A DNA stretch of 64,000 nt. Origin: Octopus bimaculoides. Lineage: Eukaryota. Under the pieces are notes generated by a model that saw only the letters and a list, made by a program, of their open reading frames with translations, did no database searches and had not been told where the DNA came from. A program made the translations under genes and the position numbers. The DNA is taken from assembly GCF_001194135.2 (NCBI RefSeq), contig NC_068984.1, forward strand, positions 55,315,819-55,379,818, read 5' to 3'. This document shows, one piece after another, positions 53,149 to 64,000 of this stretch; position 1 is the first letter of the stretch, and each line of letters opens with the position of its first letter.

Positions 53149-53236
53149 GGTTATTGACATTATCGATGCTTACGATAAAAAACAAACGAGCATCATAGAC
53201 ACATTCCAACAACACATTGTGCCGGAGATGGATTCG
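53149..53236 (+). CDS. Candidate internal coding exon (88 nt), unknown product
   Basis: Branch-like ctaac then ttcag| acceptor; open frame VIDIIDAYDKKQTSIIDTFQQHIVPEMDS; TCG|GTAAAT donor. Confidence 0.4.
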
Positions 53237-53649
53237 GTAAATCTGAGAACGTGGATGATAGATGTACATGCACTACAGTTCCAAACAAACTACAAAACAA
53301 AAATCATAGAACTATTATGAAATTGTGGGAAAGGTATCTCTAAAGTATATTCAAAGAAACAGCATNNNNNNNNNNNNNNNNNNNNNNNNNNNNNNNNNNN
53401 NNNNNNNNNNNNNNNNNNNNNNNNNNNNNNNNNNNNNNNNNNNNNNNNNNNNNNNNNNNNNNNNNNNNNNNNNNNNNNNNNNNNNNNNNNNNNNNNNNNN
53501 NNNNNNNNNNNNNNNNNNNNNNNNNNNNNNNNNNNNNNNNNNNNNNNNNNNNNNNNNNNNNNNNNNNNNNNNNNNNNNNNNNNNNNNNNNNNNNNNNNNN
53601 NNNNNNNNNNNNNNNNNNNNNNNNNNNNNNNNNNNNNNNNNNNNNNNNN

Positions 53650-53698
<49 letters not shown>

Positions 53699-54147
53699 TA
53701 GATAGATAAGCTGTTTATATATAAATGTATGCATATGTATACATGCATACGCATATATAGATATGTTTATATATGTCCACACAGCGTTGGGAATGGTAAG
53801 GGAGTTATATCAAATTTTAGAAGATATTAAAAATGCTTTGCAATAATCTTTGCCAAAAAGTACCATGAAAAAGTACCATGAAAAGTTGGTGTGGGGATCT
53901 AATGCTAGCATAGATTAAAGCATAATGTATTATTCTATATTTACAGGGTACAGAGAGGGAGAAAATACATTAAAATTAATAAAGAAATTTATTTAATATT
54001 TAAAATCAGTGGCTATATAATTCAGTATATCAACATTTCCTCCTTGGCTTTGTGGCATGCTGGATCCATTCCCTTGCTTCAGTGATTCTGCTAAATTTCG
54101 AAATGTAAGCCAAAAACTATGCTGATTTATTATCTCTCTGTTTTCAG

Positions 54148-54260
54148 ATGCAGAGATCTGATGTTTATCCAGGACGCAGACAACAAATCCAAAAGAATGA
54201 AACAGGTTGATATCACAGGTGCTTGAATGCTTGGAATAAATGTCTCTATATTAAAATAAA
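54148..54260 (+). CDS. Candidate terminal exon with polyA signals
   Basis: Strong acceptor tatctctctgttttcag|. Phase-0 frame MQRSDVYPGRRQQIQKNETG* (stop 54208-54210) is compatible with 53149-53236. AATAAA at 54235 and 54255. Confidence 0.35.
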
Positions 54261-54297
54261 GCTAATTCTTATCTTATATCGTTTAAACGATTACACA

Positions 54298-54356
<59 letters not shown>

Positions 54357-55807
54357 GTATGTATATATACACACAACCTTTCGACAGTAAATATTTATTA
54401 TAATTCTATTGTTGTTGTTTTGTTTATGAATTATATGGACAGTTTTTTTTGTTATCTTTTCGGTACATTCGTTTCTCAATAACTGAAAGTTGATATTATA
54501 CACTGTTGCAAAGTCTGTGTAATATTCTTTTTGTGTATAGTCTTAAGTGTCGAAAGAAGAATGATGAAAGGAGGTATTAACAAGCCTTCGTATATAAAAC
54601 AAAAATAATCGTTGAAGAATTTCTACGAGTAATTATAAGAATGCGATATTTATTAGGACTTGTGTGTTTCTTACATGTTATATTACATCTACAGAATCGA
54701 AAATATTGCAATGTCGGTGATACAAAGTTTGGACAATTTTACTGAAAATGTGATGGATGTGCTACAAAATATTCTGTGAGAATATGATAATTTTTGATAT
54801 TTTAAGAACGTTTATAACTGAAACTGTTTTGATTTCTTTAAAGCTGTTTATCATTAATGGGAATAAATCTCGTAAAGGTGAGATATCAAATATTTTTAAA
54901 GGCAGGTGAAAGGACGTATTGAACATCAAGATAAATAATCTAGAAAGTGATTACTGGTTAATTCATTTTTGATATGTTTATGTTTTATCAAATGTATTGT
55001 CTGAAGTTCTTTATATTTTAATAAGATATGCTTGTTGACAAGGTTGAGAAGACAAAATCGTTGTTTTGAACATAAAGAAGAATATTATTGTTATGGAATA
55101 TAATGATATAAGAGCGCATTATTCGACGGGTCTGATACTCTGAGACCAGCAGCCAACTAATGAAATATACAGCACACTCAATTTTGCAATTGTTTACATC
55201 TGTATAAACAAAACTATTTAGACTATAACATTAGATTTTTGACAGAAGAACGTGGTTTCAAATATATAATACGTGTATTTATTTTTCCTGTAAAGCCGTG
55301 AATGACAAAACAAAGAACGACGGAATTATTTTCGTTTAGAAGTCACTTTCAAGAGAAGAGATTTATCTGTTAACAGTACATAACTAATATTTACGTTGTC
55401 GTTATTTGTGAAATGAAAGCTTCCGTTAACGCATCGGGTTTCAAACAATCCCAAAATGTGTTTAAACGTTAATACGTTTAGATTTATACAGTAATATCTA
55501 TCTATCATAGTTAACACAGAGTATGACTGCGCAGATTATTTTCTGGCGTGGAGTATTATAAAACCGTGTTTGAAACACTTCTATGACTAGATACATTTGA
55601 TTATTTTTTATTTTATTTCGACTGGAAGAAATCGGCAATGCAACCGATTGTATATGATCTCACGGCACAAGATTGGCCCTGGGGTTCCTGGCATTCCATA
55701 GAAAACTGAATTTCGACGTTCTTATTTAATTTTGATATGGTAGGAAAACTTCAATTGAAATAGACCAACAACTTTTCAATTCCTTTCATTAATATAACTA
55801 GGAGAAA

Positions 55808-55811
55808 TTGA

Positions 55812-55855
<44 letters not shown>

Positions 55856-55856
55856 A
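55808..55856. repeat. (GAAA)n microsatellite
   Basis: Directly visible. Confidence 0.96.
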
Positions 55857-56289
55857 GTGTGATAAAAAAAAAGCATCATATTAATGACTATATTTTCAAA
55901 ATATTTTCACCGAAAGAAAAATAGATGTATAAAAGAAAGTCGGACGGGTATCCTTGATCTCCTGAAGATATAACGAATCTCAAGGAATTTTTGCATTTCA
56001 TTTTTATTTAATTTTATTTATCGTTTTCGCATTTTTTCTTTGTATTTACATGATTCGAAAAACAAAATGTATGACCCCTCGAAGGTGGCGGACAGGAATC
56101 TTTCCGTGTGGCCGGTATCTTCATTAACCCTTTTAGTGCAAAGATACCACCACAAGACTTGCATCTATAATTTCTCGAAAAAAAAAGGTGAAATGTTAAA
56201 TAAATTGGCTGATCTATAAAAGGTCGATGCCGCGAGAACCCACAGCATGTCATTCTAAACAGTTATATATGAAGAAACATTAGTTTCAC

Positions 56290-56480
56290 ATTTTGACACA
56301 AGACCAGCGATTTGGGGGAGGGGATAAATCGATTACATTGACTGTAAGCATGGATCTGGTACTTATTTTATCGACTCGAAGGGACGAAATGCAAAGTCAA
56401 CCTCGGTGAAATTTGAAATTCAGATCAAATGCAGCTAAGCAATTTGGTCGGCGTACTAACGATTTTGCCAGCTCACCGCC
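56290..56480 (-). mobile_element. SINE family A
   Basis: ttttgacacaagaccagcgatttgggggagggg...ggtacttattttatcgac...caaagtcaacctcgg...taacgattttgccagctcaccgcc. Confidence 0.88.
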
Positions 56481-57626
56481 TTTATATATGAAAATATATT
56501 GTAAAATAATACCGATAAACGTATGTAAACATATAAACCTTACATATCTTTATTTAATAATATAGTATTTCTTAAAGCAAAATAAACCAAGTTATATATT
56601 TCTTGTTAAACTAACTTCGTTTAGTCAGCAGTGGTCTTATATTTCGATCTCAAAATAAAGATTTTCTGTGGTTTTATCTAACAGATTATAAGAATTCTGT
56701 TGATTAATTTCACATACATCATCAATGCCCATAAGAAAGACGCATTATCCTCATGTAATTTCATTTCTCATATACTGATTTTTTTTTTTATCAATAGCAT
56801 ACTTTCAAGATACCAAGAGTTAATATTATCCCGACGTAAACTTAGATGTTCTATTAGAACAAACTATACTGCGCTAGTTATCATGAGAGAACCTTTCATA
56901 TTGGTTTTTGGTGCAAAGTTCACTCTTGTTTATAGCACTAGCGGGAAGATAAATCAGTGCCACCTCCAACATCGAAACCACCAGATAATACGATTTTGAC
57001 CTTCCTTGGTCTTGTCAATGATGGACGCTCGATCGCTAGAAATAGCAGCGATTCATTTTACTGAATTACATTAATAGCGATTCTTTATACTGTATAACAT
57101 TAGCAGTGGTTTTATTGTAGTGTATAAGATGCTTAGATCTGCCGCTTTAATACATTGGCTACACTGTCACAACTTAACACAAAACATTTATCTTGTTTTC
57201 CAATTAAAATAACTACCTTCGACAAATCAACATCTCTTCGTAATCTATAAAGAAGAGTCTTAACACGAAACTATAATTACAATAATCAACATCAACCCCC
57301 GTCGGTCCGGAGTAGGCACGTTATTTTCTTATAGCTCAGGTTTTTCTTACAAAAACAGCAGTTCTTAATGTTATCAATTTAGGAAAACAGTAATTATTTA
57401 TTACATTGTTATTTTCTACATTAAAAGATTAATGTATTGCAAAACATCCCATTATATTCAGCTGTTATCAATTTCTGGCTGTTTTCATAAATATTTTCGA
57501 AACAAAATAACGTACAAAGACTAAGCAGTTTTCTAGCATAAACCCTTTTCATTTTTCGTTTGAAGTTTCTTACATATTTAACATATGTGTGCCTCAGTGA
57601 ACATTAAAGTTAAGCTCTAATCAACA

Positions 57627-57714
<88 letters not shown>
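57627..57714. repeat. (TG)n microsatellite
   Basis: Directly visible. Confidence 0.98.
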
Positions 57715-57717
<3 letters not shown>

Positions 57718-58311
57718 AATGAAATATACATAAGCTGAGTTACGGAGTTAACTTTATGAGACAAAGTAATCCGATTTTTTTACAGCATTTTGTTGAATTG
57801 TAATTATTTACCTTTATATTAAGCATTGCTGGAAATAACGATACTAAAATATTAACTGCATGGTTTTATTGCTCAAATGTGTGTTGAGCGTTATACATTT
57901 TCGTGAATTTATTGCATGTAACTAGTCATAACGTTATATTCGGGAACTACAAAATGCATTATCACTGCATTCACTTAAATCATGTATAGATGTCTTTCTC
58001 TAAGATCACTCGCTCATATCATAATCTAAATACATTAGCTGAGATCAACGGTGATTATGCTGCATCTCATAGTTGTCAGACTTGGTTAACGAACTACAGT
58101 CATAAAATTTTAATTAGTTTTTTCCATTCAGAAGTGCATACATTTATTATGCCCTTCTTCAAAATAGTAAATTTAGATCACTTGTAACGGAGTTATGCGA
58201 CACGCTGTGATACCGCTTGCAAATACACTTCATTAGAAATCTATTTACGAAGGATATAGCATGTCCCATAGGAGGTTTTATCAATGCTACTAAGATAAGT
58301 AAAATCAGTTT

Positions 58312-58519
58312 AAAATTTTGGCTCAAGGCCAGCAAGTACGGGGAAGTGGTGTAGTCGATTACATCGACCCCAGTGCTCAGCTGGTATTTATTTTACTGAC
58401 CTCAAAGTATGAAATGCAATGTTGCCATCGGTGGAATTTGAGCTCAGAACATAAAGATGGGCGATATGCCAGCAAGCATTTTTGCTCAGCTTGCTAATGA
58501 TCCTGCCAGCTCATCGACT
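58312..58519 (-). mobile_element. SINE family A
   Basis: ttttggctcaaggccagc...gtcgattacatcgaccccagtgctcagctggta...ggaatttgagctcagaac...gatcctgccagctcatcg. Confidence 0.88.
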
Positions 58520-58529
58520 TACAGTTAAC

Positions 58530-58658
58530 TAATATTGGTTCCAAATTTTCGTACTTATTTTATCGACCACAAAAATATGAAAGGCAAAGTCGACCCCGGC
58601 GGAATTTCAAATCAGCACATTTCACCCGTCGTGATAACGGTCCTACAATTCGCCGCCT
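58530..58658 (-). mobile_element. SINE family A, internally deleted
   Basis: gtacttattttatcgacc...tgaaaggcaaagtcgaccccggcggaattt...ttcgccgcc. Confidence 0.8.
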
Positions 58659-58693
58659 TACTGTTAAGTAACATAAAAATTTCTGTTAACTCA

Positions 58694-58908
58694 GCGAGCC
58701 AGGAGAATCGTTAGCACGTCGGACAATATGCCGTTAACGCCATTTCGCCCGTCTTTACGTTCTGAGTTCAAATTCCGCTGAGGTCGACTTTGCCTTACGT
58801 CGTTTCGGAGTTGATAAAATAATTACTTTTTATTTACTGGGGTGTATGTAATTGACGTAATCCTCCCCTGATATTGCTGGTCTTGCACAAACGCTTGAAG
58901 CCAATATT
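58694..58908 (+). mobile_element. SINE family A, inverted relative to the two preceding copies
   Basis: gagaatcgttagcacgtcggac...ttacgttctgagttcaaattccgctgaggtcgactttgcc...gataaaataa...attgctggtcttg. Confidence 0.88.
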
Positions 58909-59254
58909 AAAACATATTTAGACAATACCATTGATTACTATATAACCCAGGGACAGGCAAAAAGCTTATGGATCTGAAACTGTAAAGGGAGATAACTGAA
59001 TGCTACAACGTTTTATCCAACGTTCAACCGATTCTCTCATTTCTCTGTATTAGGTTAACAGGTTAGAGATAACTCATGGCAAAGCGTTAATCTAACGCAA
59101 TTTCATTTAACTTCAGATAGCATTTCATTTCTTTTGCAATGCTAATAGCTTTGACGAAAGTACAGGTATATATCAATTCGTCCCTAGTGTACACCTATGG
59201 TCCCTTATGTATGTAAAAGTTAAACTTACTAGAAATAAAGAGTACGTGTAAATA

Positions 59255-59465
59255 AGGAGGTGAACTGGCAGAATCGTTACTGCGCCAGGCATTCGTGTTT
59301 AGCTGCATCTTGGCCGTCTCTACGTCCTGAGTTCAAAATCCACCAAAGTCGTCTTTGCCTTTCATCATATTTAGGTCGATAAAATAGGTACCACAGCGGT
59401 CAATGTAAATGACATAAGTTCCCCACCGAGCTTGCTGGCCGCGTGCCAACATTTAAAGCTATTAT
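59255..59465 (+). mobile_element. SINE family A
   Basis: ggaggtgaactggcagaatcgtt...gagttcaaaatcc...ctttgcctttcatc...gtcgataaaataggtacc...tgctggccgcgtgcc. Confidence 0.85.
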
Positions 59466-60222
59466 TATGGTAAATATACTTCAAGGTTTAAAAATTAAAT
59501 CAAAAACTAAAATAACTGAAAAGAAGAATCGTTTGCTGACCATATTTTTAATATGCTGCTGTATAGAATAGCTAAATCGACATTTGTGGAAGATCATCTT
59601 AGATAGAGCTGTAATTGATTTCGCAAACGTAATTGGTTCAAGATCGTTCGGAATATATTGACGTCTCTTAAACAGATTTCATCTATAATACATGCAATAC
59701 ACTTACATTTGGTTGTATCAGTCGTAGCTGTTTAAATCTTTCAATATTCATTCCAACTACACGAAACTACACAAAGAGCAAACAATCGTCGTCTTTTAAA
59801 CTGTATTACTAATGTTCATTCCAGAAAATTCGCTTACAACTTCTCTACACGCTTGGTCAAAGTCTATTATTCTGATGTGGTGAATTACAATATACATTTG
59901 AATCGGCTTCTACTGTTAATCTGATAAATTTGGACTGATTTTATGAAACCATAGAAAAGAGAACGGCTTATACCCTCCAGAGACCTGCTTCATCTAAAAG
60001 GCGAATGACGTAGATTGTTCAATGATAATCAGTATGCCTGATTATTTTCCTACATATTTCCTGTTGCTATTCCGTTTTGTTTCCAACTCAACAAATAAAT
60101 AAGATAAGATAGCTTTTTGAACGTAAGATCTAATTACACAATTTATTTACATTTCAGCCTAATATGGTATTTCATTATGTAATCTATAGTATAATACTTA
60201 CATGTATATTTGTTTATGTGTG

Positions 60223-60262
<40 letters not shown>

Positions 60263-60577
60263 AGAAGTGTGTGTGTGAGAGAGAGAGAAGGTATGTATCT
60301 GAGAGAGAGTGTGTGTATGCAAGAGTGTGTGTGTGTGTGTGTCTGTCTCTCTGTCTATATGTGTGTGTGAGGGAGAGAGATGGAGAGAAAGAGAGTCTTA
60401 GTAATGAGAAAAAACATTCTAAATAGAATATATTCAATATATCAATTTCTTAATTCAAGGCTTTAGCTTTTAACACTCAACACAACTTTTATTTATTGAA
60501 TAACTAAAATGAGTAAAAATTCTTGTCGAGAATCGGTGATGATTATTTAGAAAAAATGAATATTCACATATATTATA

Positions 60578-60788
60578 CAGGGTGTCCACAAAGTCTGAGT
60601 ACATGTAATATATACAATCATAACATAAACAATTAAATATAAGCAATAATAATTTCTTAAAGTATGTGTTAATCCTCGTGTGGGTACATGGAGTAAATAA
60701 AATCATAACGTAAACAATTAAAATAAGAAATAATAATTTCTTAAAGTATATGTTAATCTCCATGTACCCAGACTTTGTGGACACCCTA
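60578..60788. mobile_element. Tc1/mariner-type MITE with TA target duplication and internal tandem duplication
   Basis: TIRs CAGGGTGTCCACAAAGTCTGAGTACATG (60578-60605) and CATGTACCCAGACTTTGTGGACACCCTA (60761-60788), 26/28 match, flanked by TA (60576-60577, 60789-60790). A ~60-bp internal segment is repeated about 84 bp apart. Confidence 0.92.
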
Positions 60789-61150
60789 TAGATTAACGAT
60801 TGGTTTAAATGCTAGATTTCTGGACTAAATACTTTAGAGAATAAACAGTTTACTTTAAATCCCTCTAGAGTCTATAACGTAATTACTTCTACTGGCGAAG
60901 GAATACTTGATTCAGTTTATACTAGCCGCTCCAAATAAGACGTTAGACATTTTATTAGCAATTCCAAATCGTTCCAATTTGTTTTCACTATTAATGTTTT
61001 AAGGAAAATATTTCAGTTTGGACTCAATGTAAACTGAAGCGGTAATTCTGTATGACATCAAATATCAACTTGGAACAGTGTTCATTTAGAAAAGCACCCA
61101 TAATAAATTTCGATTTGCATCAATTAGCATAAAATGAATGACGAACATCA

Positions 61151-61366
61151 TTTGGTTCCAAATTTTCACAAAAAAAAACAGGAAGTTCGGGGAAGGCAAC
61201 AAGTCCATTTCATCGACAACGCTGCGCAGCTGGTACTTATTTTATCGAACCCGAAAGGATGGAAGTCAAAGTCGTCCAGGAAGGAATTTGACCTAAGAGC
61301 GTAAAACAGACGAAATGCCGCTAAGCATTATCCCCGGTCTACTAACAATTCTTCCAGCTCACCGCC
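61151..61366 (-). mobile_element. SINE family A
   Basis: ctggtacttattttatcgaacccgaaaggatg...caaagtcg...ggaatttgacc...cagacgaaatgccgctaagcatt...ttccagctcaccgcc. Confidence 0.88.
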
Positions 61367-61929
61367 TTTGACAAACATCATAAGAAACATAATTAAGAAA
61401 CAATAAAAAGTTGCGCGTACATTTAAAAGAAGTCACTTATAGTGAGAGTTTCAAATGAAGGTTGTTAGGGCATTTAGAATTTGAAAAAAAAACCCAAAGC
61501 AAGAAATCCGAGTGTCAAGATTTTAAATCCATAACCGTAAGTTGCACAAACACAAAATATATTTTGCATCAACGAGAAGGACCGAAGAAAATAGTATGTT
61601 TGCTGGCCATGAATATAGGTAGAATATATACATATATANNNNNNNNNNNNNNNNNNNNNNNNNNNNNNNNNNNNNNNNNNNNNNNNNNNNGAGAGAGAGA
61701 GAGAGAGAGAGAGAGGTAAAGAATAGACAAGTGTTTCTCGACCATTTTCTGCCTATAAACCACTTTGATTCCTATTTTACTCGGATGACCCTCTTAGAAT
61801 ATATATTTTTATCGTTAAATATTAGGAATTGTATAAGAAACGTTGTTAAAAGATTTTGGCTATTGTAAAAGCATAAGCAATTTATTGCAGATAAATCTTA
61901 ACAGTAACATATCATACGGATTTTAAGGG

Positions 61930-62330
61930 CTATATTGACCCTGGTTGAGAATCATTGGAATAGACGGAGGAACAAATGTCAAAGTGTTGGGTGGAAGAGG
62001 TAAGGCATGAAAGATGGAGCAGCAGAAAACATATATCGAAAACATATATAGATGCCAAGGTAGATAGAGATGTATGCAAAAATCTTTGAGCATAGCTAGT
62101 GTAAAGGTTAGCGGAGTTTTCAACAATGGTAGTGGGAGGAGATTTTGGTGTTGGGGAAAGAGGTGAGAGGTGATGCGCCATAACTAGTGTAGGGATGAAA
62201 GTGGAGGTTGATGGTAGTAAGATAAATATTGTGTGGGAAATGGATGGGGAGATGGATACGAACAAAGAAATTCAGGCAGAGAAAACGCCTTGATAAGCAT
62301 GTAAATAGAACAGGGCACACTCATGCAAAA
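61930..62330 (-). mobile_element. Possible decayed retroelement 5' ORF remnant (Penelope-like N-terminus?)
   Basis: Strongly strand-biased composition. Minus-strand LSRRFLCLNFFVRIH...INLHFHP loosely recalls PLE N-termini, but there is no diagnostic catalytic motif. Confidence 0.25.
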
Positions 62331-62819
62331 GTACCCACGATCAGACGTATACATAGATGAATAAATGCGAGGAGCACAAAGAATAGAAGCAATGAAGAAA
62401 CAGAAACAAGTGGAATAGACGCAACGTCTATGCGCAGATATTTACAAAGAAAGAAAAACACCTACGTGCGCGCATATATATATATTGTTATATATATATA
62501 TATATGATGTAATCCTGAAAAGGAGATGCTCATGTTAGTACAGCAACGTTTTACTATAAAAAAGAACCCGTGTTTCAACAAATGCTTTTCGAAAGATATA
62601 TCATCCAAGGAGAAATCAACGTTTTAATAAAAGATGCGACTGCTAAAACGCTTTGTTCATAATCATATCAACTAATAAGGCACTCTCAAATTTTATTGAC
62701 ACTAAATACAGTGACATTTGTAAAGTAAACCCACATGTTTATTTTTACAAAAATGCCGTTTTTATAGTAAATATTGCTTATTGGACAAATATTGAATGAT
62801 TATATAATTGTGGCTTCTA

Positions 62820-63178
62820 GACGCAGTCGTGGCTGAGTGATAGGAAGCTTGCTTCCCGACGAAATGTTTCCAGATTCAGTCCAACCGCGTGGCAAATTCT
62901 GAGTGGATTTGCTAGATGGGAACTCAAAGAAGCACATCGTATATATGTGTGTGTATTTGCGTGTTTGTTTGTGTATGAGTGTGTGTGTGTTTGTATCTGT
63001 GTTTGTCCTCTTACCCATTTGACAACTGGTGTTGGTGTGTTTACGTTCCCATAACTTTGCAGTCGACAATAGAGGCCGATAAGATAGGTGCCAGATTTTA
63101 AAAATCGATTCATTCGATTAAAGGATTCTTCAAGGCGGTGTGTTCAGCATGGCCGCACTCTGATGCCTGAAACAAGTT
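62820..63178 (+). mobile_element. SINE family B (CORE-like, internally deleted)
   Basis: gtggctgagtgataggaagcttgcttccc...ttcagtccaaccgcgtggca...gagtggatttgctagatgggaactcaaagaagcacatcgtatatatg, (TG) tract, tail caaggcggtgtgttcagcatggccgca...ctgaaacaag. Confidence 0.85.
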
Positions 63179-63187
63179 AGGCATATA

Positions 63188-64000
63188 CAGGGTGCGTTGA
63201 ATAAAGTTTCGTCTAAATTACGCAAAAATGAAAATAACATTGACATGCCATTTTAAAAGGTATATTTACTAAAATTACATAGAAATAGCTTGAAATACTA
63301 ATCAGTAAATGTATTTAATATAGATCGTCATTGGCTTCAACCATTGCCTGTAGACGACTTCGGATTTTCCTGCAACTCTTCTAGACGGTCTCCTTGTTTA
63401 AGTCGTGAATGGTGCCATAATTCTTGCCTTCAGTTCATCTTTGGTGTTACAAGGAGTTTTGTTAGTTTCTCGCTCAACTGCACCCCCAACACACACGATC
63501 GAGCTGTAGTCTGGGGAGTTAGGTGACCAGATGTTAAGGGTGATGTGGTCGCAGAAATTGTTTGACAGCCATGACTGGGTTCTCCTGCTTGTGTGTCATA
63601 GTGTAGAGTCTTGTGCCAGACATAGGGTCTTCCAGCAGCCATAGGGTCTTCCTCCAGGCACTTGATGTAGGCCTCCGTGTTGATGAATGGAGGTATAATA
63701 TGCCATAACTAGTGGTCGCTCCAATCTCCTTTGTAATCACCGTTAGACTCATCCAACTCTTTCCGAACCCTCTGCACTCTCCCCAGATTGACACCCAAAC
63801 ACACTGAAATGTTCGTATTGGAGTTGCCCGCACGAATGCCAAGCGGTACAGCATGTCGTTTCCAAATTTTTGGCAGAGTGAATTACGTTACTGTGCTGTG
63901 TTTCCGATAGACGGTGTCCAAAGAACCATTCTAAACTGTGAAGACGACAAACTCAGAATCAAACTATGCGCATGAAATAAAAAATATAAAATGGCAACAA
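63188..64000 (-). mobile_element. Internally deleted IS630-Tc1-mariner DNA transposon (maT/DD37D-like), other TIR beyond the window
   Basis: Terminus TA|CAGGGTG at 63186-63194. Minus-strand frameshifted transposase: AAGRPYVW..DS..*HTSRRTQSWLSNNFCDHITLNIWSPNSPD...GAVERETNKTPCNTKDELKARIMA, plus N-terminal RHAVPLGIRAGNSNTNISVCLGVNLGRVQRVRKELDES. Confidence 0.9.

Noticed and set aside
56040-56190. Minus-strand exon-like segment (CKSCGG... or ...ERFLSATFEG...)
   Set aside because: Two frames are equally open with no recognisable family, so it cannot be supported without RNA data.

Overview
This is AT-rich eukaryotic genomic DNA from a gapped short-read scaffold, with 11 N-gaps, nearly all bordered by (TA)n/(TG)n/(GA)n. 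The SINE families, microsatellite load and repeat types point to an octopus or other coleoid cephalopod (inference from pattern recognition, no search run). No intact, recognisable protein-coding gene, rRNA, tRNA or CRISPR array is supportable, and most ORFs in the supplied track are microsatellite or N-gap artefacts or TE debris. The window is dominated by decayed TEs: about 20 tRNA-derived SINEs of two families, four R4/Dong-type RLE LINE fragments mostly tied to (TAA)n arrays, two RTE-type LINE fragments, one CR1/L2-group LINE, Penelope-like remnants, a Tc1/mariner element and a MITE. The most notable observation is a ~361-bp terminally redundant element (5352-5753) carrying a complete type I hammerhead ribozyme core at the apex of a long stem-loop, resembling a retrozyme or Penelope pseudo-LTR. 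Two more degenerate minimal hammerhead motifs lie at 2333-2366 and 45706-45747. A few splice-bounded candidate exons, an RFX X-box-like site and a CTCF-like site hint at a host gene spread through the window, but it cannot be identified.
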